Shown: piece after piece, positions 1 through 13,399 of the stretch
How the letters are laid out: each line of letters opens with the position of its first letter
How positions within the stretch are numbered: position 1 is the stretch's first letter
NCBI RefSeq assembly: GCF_001194135.2
Contig: NC_068982.1
Coordinates: 99,137,021-99,201,020 of the forward strand
Origin: Octopus bimaculoides
Lineage: Eukaryota
Direction of reading: 5' to 3'
Length of the DNA stretch: 64,000 nt
Program-made: the position numbers and the translations under genes
Notes under the pieces: generated by a model
What the model was told of the DNA's origin: nothing
The model's input: only the letters and a program-made list of their open reading frames with translations
Databases searched by the model: none

Positions 1-136
1 ACTAAATTCTTCTTTTTACAATTTCATTACTAAATCAATTTCAATTACAACAATTTTTTTTTCTTTATTTGAATGAAAGGGTTTTGTTAAATAGAAACAC
101 CGATGTTAACTATTTGATTTTCTGACATGAGCTAAC

Positions 137-399
137 ACAAAATAGTAACTTCTTTATCGGATAATAGATAAATGTATTGATAGTTTTACTGCTGTGTAGA
201 CTGAACTCTGTAATGGGATAAGGCCACAAATATGCAACAGCTGCCAATGCTGTCCTGATTAAGGTTATACAAACTTCTAAATAATCTAACTCAAAAGTAT
301 GAAAATAACATGCTAAATTATAAGAGAGTATTGTAGTTCGCTTGAAGCATTGTGTATTGTTTGTAAAGAATAAAAAGTTTTGAATGGTACAACAATACA
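137..399 (-). CDS. Candidate exon, phase 1 to 0 (...FHTFELDYLEVCITLIRTALAAVAYLWPYPITEFSLHSSKT...)
   Basis: Acceptor ttgtttgtattatag at 400-401, donor GTTAGC at 136-131, 87 open codons; weak PKD-like PITxFSL pattern. Confidence 0.25.
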
Positions 400-569
400 C
401 TATAATACAAACAATGGGCTATATACCTGTTGGGATTTAGTCATCCATAGTCTGATAATTGTATTTCACATTCAAAATATTTGAATTTTAAAAACAAAGT
501 GAAATAATTTCAGTAGAATTTATCTTTTTTCTTTTTTGCCTGAATAAATTTGATCACTTAAAAGATTAC

Positions 570-573
570 ACGC

Positions 574-611
<38 letters not shown>

Positions 612-621
612 NNNNNNNNNN

Positions 622-661
<40 letters not shown>
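570..661. repeat. (CA)n microsatellite with a 10-N gap (612-621)
   Basis: Direct reading. Confidence 0.95.
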
Positions 662-663
<2 letters not shown>

Positions 664-1033
664 AGGGCGTACTGACTGGCATTTCTGGACCATAGAATAG
701 TAGGATCTGAAATGAGGACGTGAACACTAATACCTCTAATTAAGGGTTCTGCTCTCTACAGTTGACTCACACTCTCAATCATAAACATAACTCTCCAGTT
801 ATTAGTGTCACAAAGCAATTTTGCAAACATTATTTGCCTTTAAGTTGATTAATTAAAACTTCACTCCTTTTAAAGCAGATCACATCCTTTTGAAGTAGAT
901 CACAAAGTCTAGCATTAGACTAAAGACAGTGTCAAATTATCTATAGGCTACATCAGAGAGAACTATTATGGTGTAAAGTGTATGCAGCCAAAGAATGCTT
1001 TACTCACAGCTATCACTTATTCATCTTCTTCTT

Positions 1034-1246
1034 CATCATCATCATTTTAACATCCACTTTTCCACACATGCATTGGTCACACAGAGTTTAGGGCAAATTT
1101 TCTACAGACAGATACTCTTACAACTGTCAACCCTTACCTTTTTCTAAGCAAGGTAACATTTTCCCATAGTCAGACATATTCTCAGAGAATATTAGAAATG
1201 AATGACATCCATTTTTGCAACAATCACACAATGTCAAGACAACAGG

Positions 1247-1284
<38 letters not shown>

Positions 1285-1450
1285 TCATGACAAGTTTCTT
1301 TCAGTTTCTGTCTATGAAATCCACTCACAAGACTTTGGTGGGCCCAGGGCTATAGTAGAAGACACATGTCCAAGGTGCCATTCAATGGGACTGTACCCAA
1401 AAGGATATGGTTAGGAAACAAACTTCTTAACCACAGCTATGACTGTACCT
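1034..1450 (-). mobile_element. tRNA-derived SINE, family A (head, microsatellite hinge, body, RTE-like tail)
   Basis: Head motif ccactcacaagactttgg...gggactgtaccc matches other copies (11590, 15600, 19515, 61465); (CA)n hinge; tail ttaacatccacttttcca plus (CAT)n. Confidence 0.8.
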
Positions 1451-2094
1451 CGACTTGAAATAATGTGCGCATCAATTTATTTACATATATGTATATACAC
1501 AAGTGTGTGAAAAACACACAGACAGAAACTTAATCAGTGTCATATGGCATATCATGATTTTATCACTAAATTTGTCATGGCAACCCTATTTCTAACTCTA
1601 AACTATGACCTTTTGTTATGCATAAAACCTCAATTATGCTATACAACTGTCATCATACTTTCATTTTGAGAAATTGAAACAAACTGAAAATAACATGTTT
1701 GCCTGAAAGGCTTCTCTCTAACCCATTATATACTGCTTTTAGTCATTAGAAGAATGTAATGAAATTATATGATCACATGTCTCATCTATAGAGCTAGAGT
1801 TATATACAATAATACAAAATATTGAAAGTATCAGAACTTGTGACCAACTAATTTTTTGGAATGCAATGGTCTGTATTTCTTTCAATAGTTACATTCATCA
1901 TTTTGGCACCATTCCTTGTTGATATGCTATTTAGAATATCTTGCAGTCTATATAAATTACATTTTTTTTTTTTTTTGAAAAAAAAAAACATTATAGCAGT
2001 ATATTAATGAAGATTGTTTTAATGAGTTCTCCATCCTAGCATTTGTTGGATAAGTCTGTAATATTACATACTCAATACGACCATAGCTAACTAC

Positions 2095-2420
2095 TACTTG
2101 TCAGGTGTTCCTTGGCTTAGCACTATCACCCCTTTTTTTACTCAACATGTTCCATACCAATGACGTTATCTTTCTTCTATATATGTCAGCAGTTTTTGTC
2201 TTATACCCATATAATCTGCCCTCCATATGGAGAGAAAATCCATTTATTGATAGCAGAGACAGCAATTATCATCATCTTAACTCTAATTCTAGTTACTACG
2301 TTACCCTTAACTCTAAATCCTGCACTAAAGATGCCAGAGACTCCCTATTATTTCCAAGAGTCATAAAAGTAATCCATAGTCGAAACTCACAGCTTCTCAT
2401 GCTATTAACAAATGTATTAT
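2095..2420 (+). mobile_element. Decayed CR1/L2-type LINE RT fragment
   Basis: tcaggtgttcc...LALSPLFLLNMFHTND resembles SGVPQGSxLSPLLF..ND; downstream VTLNSKSC resembles LxLNxxKC. Confidence 0.45.
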
Positions 2421-3474
2421 ATTAAGTATAATTAAATTATACTTTCAGTGTTTACTTAAGTATCAAAGGGATTTTTGAACACCCATTGTCAGCACAGGCT
2501 ACATCAACATCAACTACTTACCCCAACATGATTAGATTTTAATAATTGTTTTTTTGTTTTGTTTGTTTGTCTTGAAAATACTTTAGTCTTGGAAAATTAA
2601 CTTCCAGGACCACTCTTCCATGCTTCAAATTTTAAAAACACTTTACAAATGCACTTTCAGGTACAGGTAATTTCTGCATAATTGATATTCAGTCATTTGT
2701 AGCATTCATTTGTCTTATAAATCCATGGACTTGCATCTGGTTAAGTTTTGCTTCAATTGTTGGAGTAACTTTTACAGTGTCTGTAAAGCAACATACAGAA
2801 GCCCAAACTGCAGCAGTAGCATTTGAAGGCAATGCCTACCAAGGTTGTCTTTGTACCATTTTTTTGGTGGGTGCACTTTTCTTCAGCAAGAAGACCCAGA
2901 TTCTTCACATCTCTTTCTAAACCACCACCTAGTCCCAACTTCTAATGAGAGCAATGCCCTCCCACCTCTTAACATGCTCAGTGGCTCTATGTCTCTATTG
3001 AAAAAAACAATAAGCTTAGCATTAACTTGATGCAACACCACTAAATAATTATGACTGCTAATTTTTACTTAATGTCAACACTAAATTAGTGAGGTATATT
3101 ACTGTTTGTTTAGAATACTAATCATTTCAAAATGCCTTCAAGGTAATTGGTTTACATTACCATAATATTCTTGCGACGAGTAAATACTCTTTCTTTACAA
3201 AGTCTTCGATGATTTTCATACTTAACATCAATAAACATTGAGGAATTAAACAATGAACATATTTTTCCTATTTTTTCTAAAGTCAAAAAAAAAAAAAAAT
3301 TCATTAGATATATTTGTCTAGTTAATTTTATCATTTTGTTAGTTGTAAAAATAATGTTTTGATAAAACTAGTTAATATAATGTACCATTAAATTTGAAAT
3401 AAAATTGGTTTTCTTTTACTTTGTAGTTTCATTAATTGAACATAGTTACTTATATTTATCTCCAACTATAAGGG

Positions 3475-3905
3475 ATCAGTTCCACAAGCAACAGATCTTT
3501 CATTATCCTGACTGGCATGGGAGTAGCGAACATAACCCAGACAACATAGACATCATTGTTGGAGTAATATGAAAAGGCTGCATATCTGAGCATAGGCTAG
3601 GACTTCATTGTTAGGAACCCAATCAATCTCCTTGATGTCCAGGATGCATCTCAAGATGAGGAAGGTATTGCAACACCACTCTGGAGTGGAGTTTTGACTT
3701 TTACAGCTGTTAAGCAGTGTACGGAGGAAGCCAGCTCTGAAAACAACCGTAGTCTGTGTTGTCACTTTGCTATTCTCTCAGACTCTCTTGGTCATCCAGG
3801 TGAGTGTTGGGGTGACTCTTCTGATCCATCTATTAATCTCAGACACAAGAGAGAAATTGTCCATGATGGTGGAACCAAAGAGTGTGAAGTCATGAATTAC
3901 CTTCA
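3475..3905 (-). mobile_element. Decayed RTE (BovB-like) LINE, C-terminal ORF fragment
   Basis: Minus translation VIHDFTLFGSTIMDNFSLVSEINRWI...RCILDIKEIDWVPNNEVLAYAQICSLFILLQQ follows the remembered RTE C-terminus FTYLGSTI.DNLSLD.EINKRI...RVPNNEVLARAQIPSLFTLLQQRRL. Confidence 0.8.
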
Positions 3906-3980
3906 GTTCACAATGATTGATAGTACTGTTAATTTAAATATACAATAAAATTTTTACAGTACAGTAGGAGAGATTTTTAC

Positions 3981-4053
3981 AACAAACTCCTGATGAATTT
4001 GCTTTCTCTTGTGCAGTTTTTATCATTCATCAAATCTTCCACGCTTTGTAGCA
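3981..4053 (-). CDS. Candidate small exon (LQSVEDLMNDKNCTRESKFIRSL), phase 1 to 2
   Basis: Strong acceptor gtattttctttcag, donor GTAAAA, open frame; short, so chance is possible. Confidence 0.22.
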
Positions 4054-5507
4054 CTGAAAGAAAATACTCAGACACAAAAAAATGGAACTATACATGGCGA
4101 AAAACAAATAATGATGTTAATACTAATGTAGACTACATTATATAAAGTAAGGGTGATGGAATTAAAAGAGGAAACTACTGTATAACAGACAAAATGTCAA
4201 AGACTAAAATCAAAATAGACAATATAAAGGTCAAAGTGACAACAATCTATGACCTTAAGGAAATATCTTATAGTGGAAATATAATTATTCTATGCCTTTG
4301 TAAAGTAAAAGAATGAATATGCCTTTGTAACAAATTGTTTTTTCAGTTATACAAATCTACAAACTCTATCTGAGGGAGGTAAGGTATAAGAGAAGAGCAT
4401 GAAACAATGTTGATGCACAATCAGATTTACTGAGCAACAATAAGGTATTTTTTCTTTATTCAATATTTTAAACAATAACATACAGACATTTAATACTGTA
4501 GAAACAATGCAATCAGTGTATTAAAAAAATGACATGATGGTAGTCCTTGCAGAGTGAATTTGGCATTAAGCAACATGAATACTTGCTACTAGTATAAGTA
4601 AGGTAAATCAGTGTTAGAAGAAATTATAGAATTGTATTTAGGCTCATCATGTACAAAGAGTGTGGTAAGGATTTTCCCCAATAAGTAAGATGAAGTGCCT
4701 GATGTATGGGCCAAAAGATTTTTAAATGTATGGAATAAAACTGACACCGAAAGAAAGCAAAATAAGAGGGACTTAGTAATGAAGGACCAAAGTAAATTTG
4801 GAAGAGCTCAGTGTGTAGACATTCGGATGTTAAAAGCCTCTAAGTATTGCTTGCTAATAAAAAAAGACTGTAAATTAGATAATCAACAATGATAATAAGT
4901 AAATAATGCAAATGTAGGTCAGTTGCAGATACATACATGCAATAATTTCAATGAAATCAAAAAGAATGCAGAAAAGAAGTTTGGAAAAACCATGTGTGAC
5001 CTCTGCTAGTATGGGAAAATACCAATAATAAAGCTGTTGATAATGATGCTGATTATAATGCATCTTTAGCAGCTCAATTAAGCCAGCAACTATGTTTAGC
5101 AAGGTCCAGGGTATTGTTTTCAATATATATTTACAACCAGTGACTTGATTTCTAAGCTTTAGTATTTACTGCAAGTCAATGGATCGTAACGGAAATCACC
5201 AATTCAGAAGGGTTAATTGAATTGATTTCCGACAGGGACATTAATCAATATATGTTATTTTTGAAGGGAAGTAGGAAAGTGAGAAGAGTGAGATTTCATT
5301 TCTATCTGCTGCAGACAACAGGCATATCGTATATATATCGAGAGGGTAAAGTAAAATAAAAAGACACATAAAAAATTAACACAAAGGTTTTATATATATG
5401 ACGCATAGTATTTGATCTGTCTAGAAGGTCAGAAACTCTAAATAAAAACTGACTTGGCCTATGAGAGACTGTTCAACCCATACCAGCATAGAAAAGCAGA
5501 CATATAA

Positions 5508-5688
5508 GGCAGCGAGCTGGCAGAAATGTTAGCACACCAGACAAAATGTTTAGCAGTATTTCGTCTGTCTTTACATTGCCTTTGATCCTTTCAGGGTTGA
5601 TAAATTAAGTACCAGTTACATACTGGGGTCGATCTGATTGACTGGCCCCCTCCCCAAAAATTTTGGGCCCTGTGCCTAGAGTAGAAAT
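5508..5688 (+). mobile_element. tRNA-derived SINE, family B, with 17-bp target-site duplication
   Basis: Head ggcagcgagctggcagaaatgttagc, core ttgcctttgatcctttcagggttgataaattaagtaccag; gaaaagcagacatataa occurs at 5491-5507 and 5689-5705. Confidence 0.9.
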
Positions 5689-7241
5689 GAAAAGCAGACA
5701 TATAAAATGATTTCACTCACACACACACATACACACACACTTGAATTTCTTAGAAAAATTATTATAAACTTATATATTTGCACCATTGTCCACCTCTTAG
5801 TTGTTTTAGACACAATGTTTCAGAGTTGTACTTTCTGAAGCTTTCTAAAGATGCTCTCAATACCTTAAAAACTTGAATAAGGCCAAAATGTACAATGGCT
5901 GAAATATTGCAACTATAGTGACCAAGATGAGGACACTAAAGGGTCATATAAGTTACAATTATTTTAAACATTGGCATGGGGGCACTTAGTTGATTAAATC
6001 AACTTCAGAACTTTATTTTATCAACCCTGAAAGGATGAATTGTAAAGTTGATCGCTGCCAGATTCAAACTTAAATATAAAGTGCAATACAAATATCAAAA
6101 TGCATTTTATTGGAGGTTTCAATGATTCTGCCAACCTACTGAAATAATAATAATAATAATAATTTCCAGGAGTGGATGAAATGCATGAAGTACTTAATAT
6201 TGAAAACAGTAATAGTGGGATGTAGATCTTCAAACTCAAAACAAGAGTAAAATAGAAAGGTTTAAGAGAAACTGGAAAAACACCTCATGAAATACAGTTA
6301 GAAGCATTAATATTCTGAGACTGTTCAAAACTTTTACTAAAGCATCTCTCTATCAGCAAAATACTCATGTCAGATGTTAGAGAAATTGATGAAGCAGTGA
6401 AATTAGCCATAACATTTGCATGTATACATTCACACAAGTGAATCAGTGTAATGGTATCTGCCAGTGCATGAATATGTACGCAAATCTGGTTGTAAGTACT
6501 AGCAGATACTAAACTGTATTGTTGTTTTGAAATAATAAGTGAAACCATTTTAATGACAGACAAGCTGTTTATATTTTTTTCCCTTAACATTACATGATTA
6601 ATAGAAGTAGAATGGTTTTGCAAATTTAAATATTTGCATGTTGTTGAAATATGTGTTTTCATAGTTGAGTACTCCTCTTACAGTTAAATCCTCTTTGCCA
6701 GTTAGTCTGTGTACTATAAATAACTGACAGAAAATATTTGAGGGAATATGCAAAAATAAATATATCTCTGTGGTACTTAAAATGTTAATTTTCCCAAGTG
6801 AGAACATATTAAATGAAGACCATTTCTATAACTTACTTAAATGAGAGAAAACAACACCTGTGATCCTATTTTAGGACATCAAGACAACTGTAAAGTTTGA
6901 ATCCTTAAAACAGAGTAGACTCTGTCAAAAGCACCCAAGGGCAAAACAGCAGTACTAAACCAAGCAAAACATTATGTGTGTCATTAGCACCAATGATTTT
7001 ACAAGTGTATACCTATGTAAATTGATGCATTTTCACAAATGACATTATAGCTGAATGCCCTTATATAATGTAACTACTTAAATGTGAATTGAGAGTAACA
7101 GAAAGAAATAAACTAATGTATACTGACAGTCATGATGTCAACATGATGCCAACAGTTGATAACTTTAAATTTGATAATAGTTTTACTGATACAAAATAGA
7201 TTTTTCAATTGAAAGCTTGGACTACAAAAAAGAAAGTGCAT

Positions 7242-7440
7242 GAACCTGTTAGCATTCAAATTACTCAGTCAAATGTATTGCTTATTTATTCACATTGCTT
7301 TTAATTAATCATGAATTCTCTTGCAGCTTCAAGATTTCCATGATATAATTGTTTATTTTAAGAATGACATTGTAGGTGTCAGAGGCCAAATCTGTCCAGT
7401 TTGAATATAAAACAGGTAGAATATTTGGGCTGGATATTCA
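7242..7440. mobile_element. Probable old MITE-like interspersed repeat
   Basis: Resembles from memory a common octopus repeat starting TTAACCCTTTAGCATT; ends are degraded here; unverified. Confidence 0.3.
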
Positions 7441-9120
7441 TGCTGGTGTGATTCAATATTCAAAAGTGTTGACAATCTCAAACTTCTTTAAACCACAAAC
7501 CACCAAAATATGAACATTTTACATGTACCCTCTTTCTTGCAGTCTAAGATTGCACCACTTGATGCCAATACTTCAGTGTAAAACTTGAATGCTTGATACA
7601 GAGGTTGCTGAACAGAAATTCTCCTTTCTAGGCTGTGATTGAAACAGGTAGAACTCAAACAATAAAGAGAAAAACTTCTTTTATGTATGTGAACTCTATA
7701 ATTGCCATCACTATTTTAGCCTTCAACTGCATGAATCATTTGACTGCTTGAGCAGAACAATTTATGAAAAGAAGCTGTTGAAAAGGACAAAGTACATATC
7801 TTAAAAAGTTTAATAGTTCTCTAGTTTAAGAATAATGAGAAACAAATCTGTATCTCAGAGAATCATCTCAGATAACCTACAACAATAAAGGAGAGCTCTG
7901 AAACATGAACCAAGTAGTGTAATACCTTTAATTTAGCAGTTATATCACTTTGCAAAAGAGTGGAATCTTCATTAAGAAATATATTAAGGATTTAAATAAA
8001 AAATAATATTTTCATCTAAATACAAGATTTACTTTGCAAGATGGATTCAAGTAAATCAAAGGGGCGAAACACCCACGAAAAGACAACTCTGAGTTTGAAG
8101 GTATTCATTTACAATAAGGCATGGATATTAAAATAATACACATAAAACATTTGCAGAGAAACACACACAGTAAAACAATATTTCCTTGCAAATTTCATGA
8201 TTTTTATACATGCAAACTGTGCTAATTAAGTAAATGATCATACAGCAATGTTTTCAAAATTATTTCCTTCAGAACATTCCACTATTTACTTCTAAACATC
8301 ATGATTTACAGATAAGACACAAAAAAGAAAATAAATTTGTTTTAGAAGGTGTAGGAATAAGATTTCAAAGCAAATACAAATGAAATGATTTAATGTCTCA
8401 GTAGAAATGACACAAATATATTTAAGTACATACATTTTCCTAGCTCATAGTAAACACAGGTAAGTTGAGAACAAAGCAGATCTACATCACAATCAACAAC
8501 ACGTTACTTTTTCCACAATTCCTCTTCTGGTTTCTTAGTTTAAAAAGTTTCAATTGTATGATAAAATTAATTCCAGATAAAATTTCAGCACAGGATAAAA
8601 ATTTCAGAACAGTAAAATAATCTTTTTACTTAGAAATAGATATTAAAAATGCTTTTCCCTCATATTTCTAGATAAATAAAGTATAATGAACAATGAGGCA
8701 GTCACAGTGTGATAATTCCAGTCAATAACATTTTGTGTTCTACCAGATGAACTCGAATACTTTTATTGATCTATTAAACTACATAAACCAAACTCACTTT
8801 TATCAATGCAAATAACTTTTAGAGAAGTTTTCCTGCATGCAGTCAACTACGTTTTAAACCTGTCAACTAACAAACCCTAGAAGAAAGCTTCAACATGATT
8901 ACATGACCAGGTAGAACCTTCCTCAAATCATATCCACACAGCTTTTTAAAAAATGGACTTATTAGATATAGTCTTACAAAATGGTCACAGCTGGAAGACT
9001 TCTTATCATATGTCTGCTTAAGCATTGCTGAACTCAGGACTAAATAACAACTATCGAAAAAATTTAAATCCATATAGAATGTGTAGGAGGAGTGTTTTCA
9101 AATATCATAGATTACACCTA

Positions 9121-9700
9121 AATCCAAGGCCTCTGCCAGGGGTGTAGCCAGCCCACTTATCCGTACCTTTCTTTCATTGGACGCTAAACTCTGCTTGCGA
9201 AGACTTTTTGAGGCAAGTGAAATTGAAATCGAACTAAATTCGACAACTGGCACCCATGCCAATGTCGTCTCCTTCATTGGACACGAAACTCAGCTTGCGA
9301 AGACTTATTGGGGCAAGCGAAAGAGAAATCAGGATGGCACCTGTGCCCAGCATTGCCTTTCTGGCACTTGTGCCCATGACATGGGTAAGGATTTTTGAGC
9401 AAGATCGTTGCCAGTGCCCCTGGACTGGCTCTTGTGCGGGTAGCACATAAACTACACCATTTTGCGCATGGCGGTTGCCAGTACCGCCTGACTGGCCTTC
9501 GTGCGGGTGACATGTAAAAGCACCCACTACACTCTCTGAGCGGTTGGCGTTAGGAAGGGCATCCAGCTGTAGAAACTCTGCCAAATCAGATTGGAGCTTG
9601 GTGTAGCCATCTGGTTTCACCAGTCCTCAGTCAAATCGTCGAACCCAAGCTAGCATGGAAAGCGGACGTTAAACGATGATGATGACGATGATGATGATGA
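9121..9700 (+). mobile_element. RTE LINE 3' UTR (5'-truncated copy) ending in a (GAT)n tail
   Basis: 9121-9330 is the reverse-complement match of 48190-48400, which directly follows RTE coding sequence; ends gcatggaaagcggacgttaaacgatgatgat. Confidence 0.9.
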
Positions 9701-10589
9701 AAAATACCCATAATACTGTGCACGAAACCCATTTTGTTCAGGTGCAACAAATGATTCTATCAACAACCTAATGTAGGTGGGGGCAGCACTGCCAGGTTTT
9801 CTAGTTTTGTGACGAATGACTCCAGAATGACTGTTTGTCTTTTATAATGTGATTCAAGCCAATTGTTTACTGCAATAAATTTGCTGAAAGTGAGCTTTGT
9901 GCAGAGCCATTCCTATTCCTTTTAATCATACATATTGTTCATATACACACCTATACACATAAGCTTTTATTTATTTATTTTAGGGTTCATTGAGCATTTT
10001 TTGGCCATATATTACTTTCCATTTCACAGTAAAGAAATTCTAGGACAATCGTAATTCTGTTGTAAAGATACTGAATTTTCAAACATCTCATAAGTTGTGT
10101 GATATAATTATATGATACATGTAGATAATCTTACAATAATTTACTTTCAATTAAATGTATTGGTTTGAAACACTAATGAAAGAAAGATCTCAGATATCAT
10201 GTGTGGTGAGAGAACTCAGCAAACAAACACTGCACAAGTCAGGTGCATTAGATATCAGGTGTTTTATTCGTAAAAGAAAAGATACTAACTACCAATATAA
10301 AACATAATATTCATGAGTATTTGTTACTACGGGAGAGAGGTACAGCTAATAGACTTGGATATATAGTGAGAATGAATAACAGTATATTTAAGGAACAGCT
10401 GGTGGCTGATAGCTGCAGGAATTGAAGGAAGTAAAAAGAGCAAGTGGAATGAGATAAATAAAACTGAAAAAGGGATTTCATATAAACTGCCTCAAAGTAA
10501 ATACCAATCAGGTCAAAAGTGAATTTAAAAAGTAAAAATATGAACAAGTTAAAATGCAGACAATATTGGTGGTAGCAGTGGCAGGGGTG

Positions 10590-10750
10590 CTTCATGACAA
10601 TAATTCCTGTCACAACCCCTAACTGTTTCCAAGTAAGGTAATATTTCCCTATGCCAAGACATTTGTTCACGAAAGATTGGAAATGAAGGACTCTGCTTGT
10701 AATGACAGTACTGCTTGCTTGCAATCATCACTGAATGTGAAGACAAGGTT
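10590..10750 (-). mobile_element. SINE family A body/tail fragment
   Basis: ctgtttccaagtaaggtaatatttccc...ggaaatgaagga...aagacaagg also seen at 1130-1240, 27300-27370 and (reverse) 61690-61840. Confidence 0.65.
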
Positions 10751-10929
10751 CACAGGAACACACATATACATATGTAGTACATTGTACACACACACACACG
10801 CATGTATATAAAAATATGAGAGAAAGGAAATGGAATTCACAAGACTCCTTCATTATTCACTATGACAGTTTCGACCCATCATGCACCAGTGTCTTGTGGG
10901 TGAGACACTGTACTAACTGCTGTGGTGCA

Positions 10930-10932
<3 letters not shown>

Positions 10933-10972
<40 letters not shown>

Positions 10973-11069
10973 NNNNNNNNNNNNNNNNNNNNNNNNNNNN
11001 NNNNNNNNNNNNNNNNNNNNNNNNNNNNNNNNNNNNNNNNNNNNNNNNNNNNNNNNNNNNNNNNNNNNN

Positions 11070-11147
<78 letters not shown>
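10933..11147. repeat. (TA)n - gap (10973-11069) - (TG)n(TA)n compound microsatellite
   Basis: Direct reading. Confidence 0.95.
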
Positions 11148-11152
<5 letters not shown>

Positions 11153-11589
11153 GTATTATATATATGTACACATGCACACACACATAAATGATGACAAACC
11201 AAATAATGACAATTTTTAATGCCTTTGATATATATATTTCAGATAATTGTACAACAGATAAAAAGGAATATCATCTCTTATGCAAAATCTTCCATGTATC
11301 AAAATATTTTGATATGTCTTAACTGTAGAAGATTTTGCAGAGGAAATGAAATTCCGTTTTTTCTATCTACCATGCAATTATCTGAAATGTATGCATTAAA
11401 AGCATTAAAAAATATCATTATTTGGTTTCATTTAATTTTACACATTATATGACTATGTCCTGTACATGCTAGCCAATCTTAACTCCATTCACACCGATAC
11501 TATAACAAGGATTTGGAGTGGTTTGTTCTGACTTGAATTGAAAATTCTGGTAACATACATTGCTTCTAAGCAATTACATACACACACAC

Positions 11590-11748
11590 ACAACAGGCTT
11601 CTTTCAGTTTCCATCTACCAAATCTACTCAGAAGACTTTGGTTGACCTGGGGCTATAGCAGAAAACATTTGCACAAATTGCCATGTAGTGGGACTGAATG
11701 CAAAGCTATATGGTTGGGAAGCAAGCTCCATTACACAGCCATGCCTGT
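11590..11748 (-). mobile_element. SINE family A head
   Basis: caggcttctttcagtttccatctaccaaatc...gtgggactga...acacagccatgcctgtgc. Confidence 0.8.
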
Positions 11749-12497
11749 GCTTATACATACATACATGTTGTAGAGGATAATTTTTTTTTTTTTTTTTTTG
11801 AAGCTGAAATTACAAATTACATTTTATTTTCATTCTTGTTCTATGACCACAAGTAAAATAACAACATCATCCCAGTTTTAGACAATTACATGTCTTAGCC
11901 AGATGACAATAATCTGCTGGGTATGCATACACACACAGAGAAATATTTCCTTGTATAGATGCTAAAAAACAAAATTCTGAAGGAATACAAGCTGCCACAC
12001 ACTCTTTTTCAAAACACCAGAAACAAAAGTCCATAAAAGAATAAAATGTCTTTTACTCGCAAAAAAATACCCAAAATCACTTAGCCATGAAAAGCACCAT
12101 TTATCAGGGATATAGCTAATGTCTTCAATTACTTTTTCTAATAATCCATTCATGAGCAACCTTTCTCACACATTTAAAACCTTATTCAAACAAGAGAAAA
12201 ATGTCCCATCACCAACAAATCCCAAACAAATAAAAAAACATCTGCAATTGTAACAAACACCACATCCCAAAACAATCAATAAAGAGGCAGAAAGAAACAC
12301 CCAATCAATAAACACAAAATGTTGACCAATGAACAAACACAAGCACTAGACAAAAGGATATAAATAGAACGCCAATACAGCAATGTAGCAGTTCTCACCT
12401 TAAGATCATAGTGACATGAAACTTTCAAGTTTCAGTCCCATTACACACACACAATACATTTGCACACAGTATATATATATATATATATATATATCTA

Positions 12498-13399
12498 TCA
12501 TCATCATCATCATCATCATCGTTTAACGTCCGCTTTCCATGCTAGCATGGGTTGGACGATTTGACTGAGGACTGGTGAAACCGGATGGCAACACCAGGCT
12601 CCAGTCTGATTTGGCAGAGTTTCTACAGCTGGATGCCCTTCCTAACGCCAACCACTCAGAGAGTGTAGTGGGTGCTTTTACGTGTCACCCGCACGAAAAC
12701 GGCCACGCTCGAAATGGTGTCTTTTATGTNNNNNNNNNNNNNNNNNNNNNNNNNNNNNNNNNNNNNNNNNNNNNNNNNNNNNNNNNNNNNNNNNNNNNNN
12801 NNNNNNNNNNNNNNNNNNNNNNNNNNNNNNNNNNNNNNNNNNNNNNNNNNNNNNNNNNNNNNNNNNNNNNNNNNNNNNNNNNNNNNNNNNNNNNNNNNNN
12901 NNNNNNNNNNNNNNNNNNNNNNNNNNNNNNNNNNNNNNNNNNNNNNNNNNNNNNNNNNNNNNNNNNNNNNNNNNNNNNNNNNNNNNNNNNNNNNNNNNNN
13001 NNNNNNNNNNNNNNNNNNNNNNNNNNNNNNNNNNNNNNNNNNNNNNNNNNNNNNNNNNNNNNNNNNNNNNNNNNNNNNNNNNNNNNNNNNNNNNNNNNNN
13101 NNNNNNNNNNNNCATACCAGCGCAATCGTCTCTCTTGCACGCCACAACTGATGCTTCTAATGTTCAGCTTTTCTCTCAAGATACTTACACTCTGACGGGT
13201 ATTCACATTGACATTACACATCCAACGGAGCATACTGGCTTCATTCCTTGCGAGCTTACGTATGTCCTCAGCAGTTACAGCCCATGTTTCACTGCCATGT
13301 AGCATGGTTGTTCGTACGCATGCGTCATACAGTCTGCCTTTTACTCTGAGTGAGAGTCCCTTTGTCGCCAGCAGGGGTAAGAGCTCTCTAAACTTTGCA
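12498..13399 (-). mobile_element. 5'-truncated RTE LINE spanning gap 12730-13112, flanked by (TA)n on both sides
   Basis: Minus ORF MLHGSETWAVTAEDIRKLARNEASMLRWMCNV...VQERRLRWY (13305-13113); 3' UTR and (ATC)n tail at 12498-12729. Confidence 0.9.

Noticed and set aside
2700-3010. Possible R4/Dong-like LINE remnant (DIEPLSMLRGGRALLSLE) or exon
   Set aside because: Only one short motif resembles the family; surrounding frames are broken and no splice pair is convincing
9177-9620. Overlapping ORFs such as MKPDGYTKLQSDLAEFLQLDALPNAN
   Set aside because: Translations of the RTE 3' UTR, repeated at 12575, 19160 and 46434
10311-10724. 137-aa minus ORF
   Set aside because: Overlaps a SINE fragment and is antisense to a purine-rich old RTE-like remnant
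12200-12225. Near-WDFGDGT (PKD signature) on the minus strand
   Set aside because: Needs a 2-nt deletion and lies in a strongly G/T-skewed strand of a probable old retroelement remnant; flanking frames are closed
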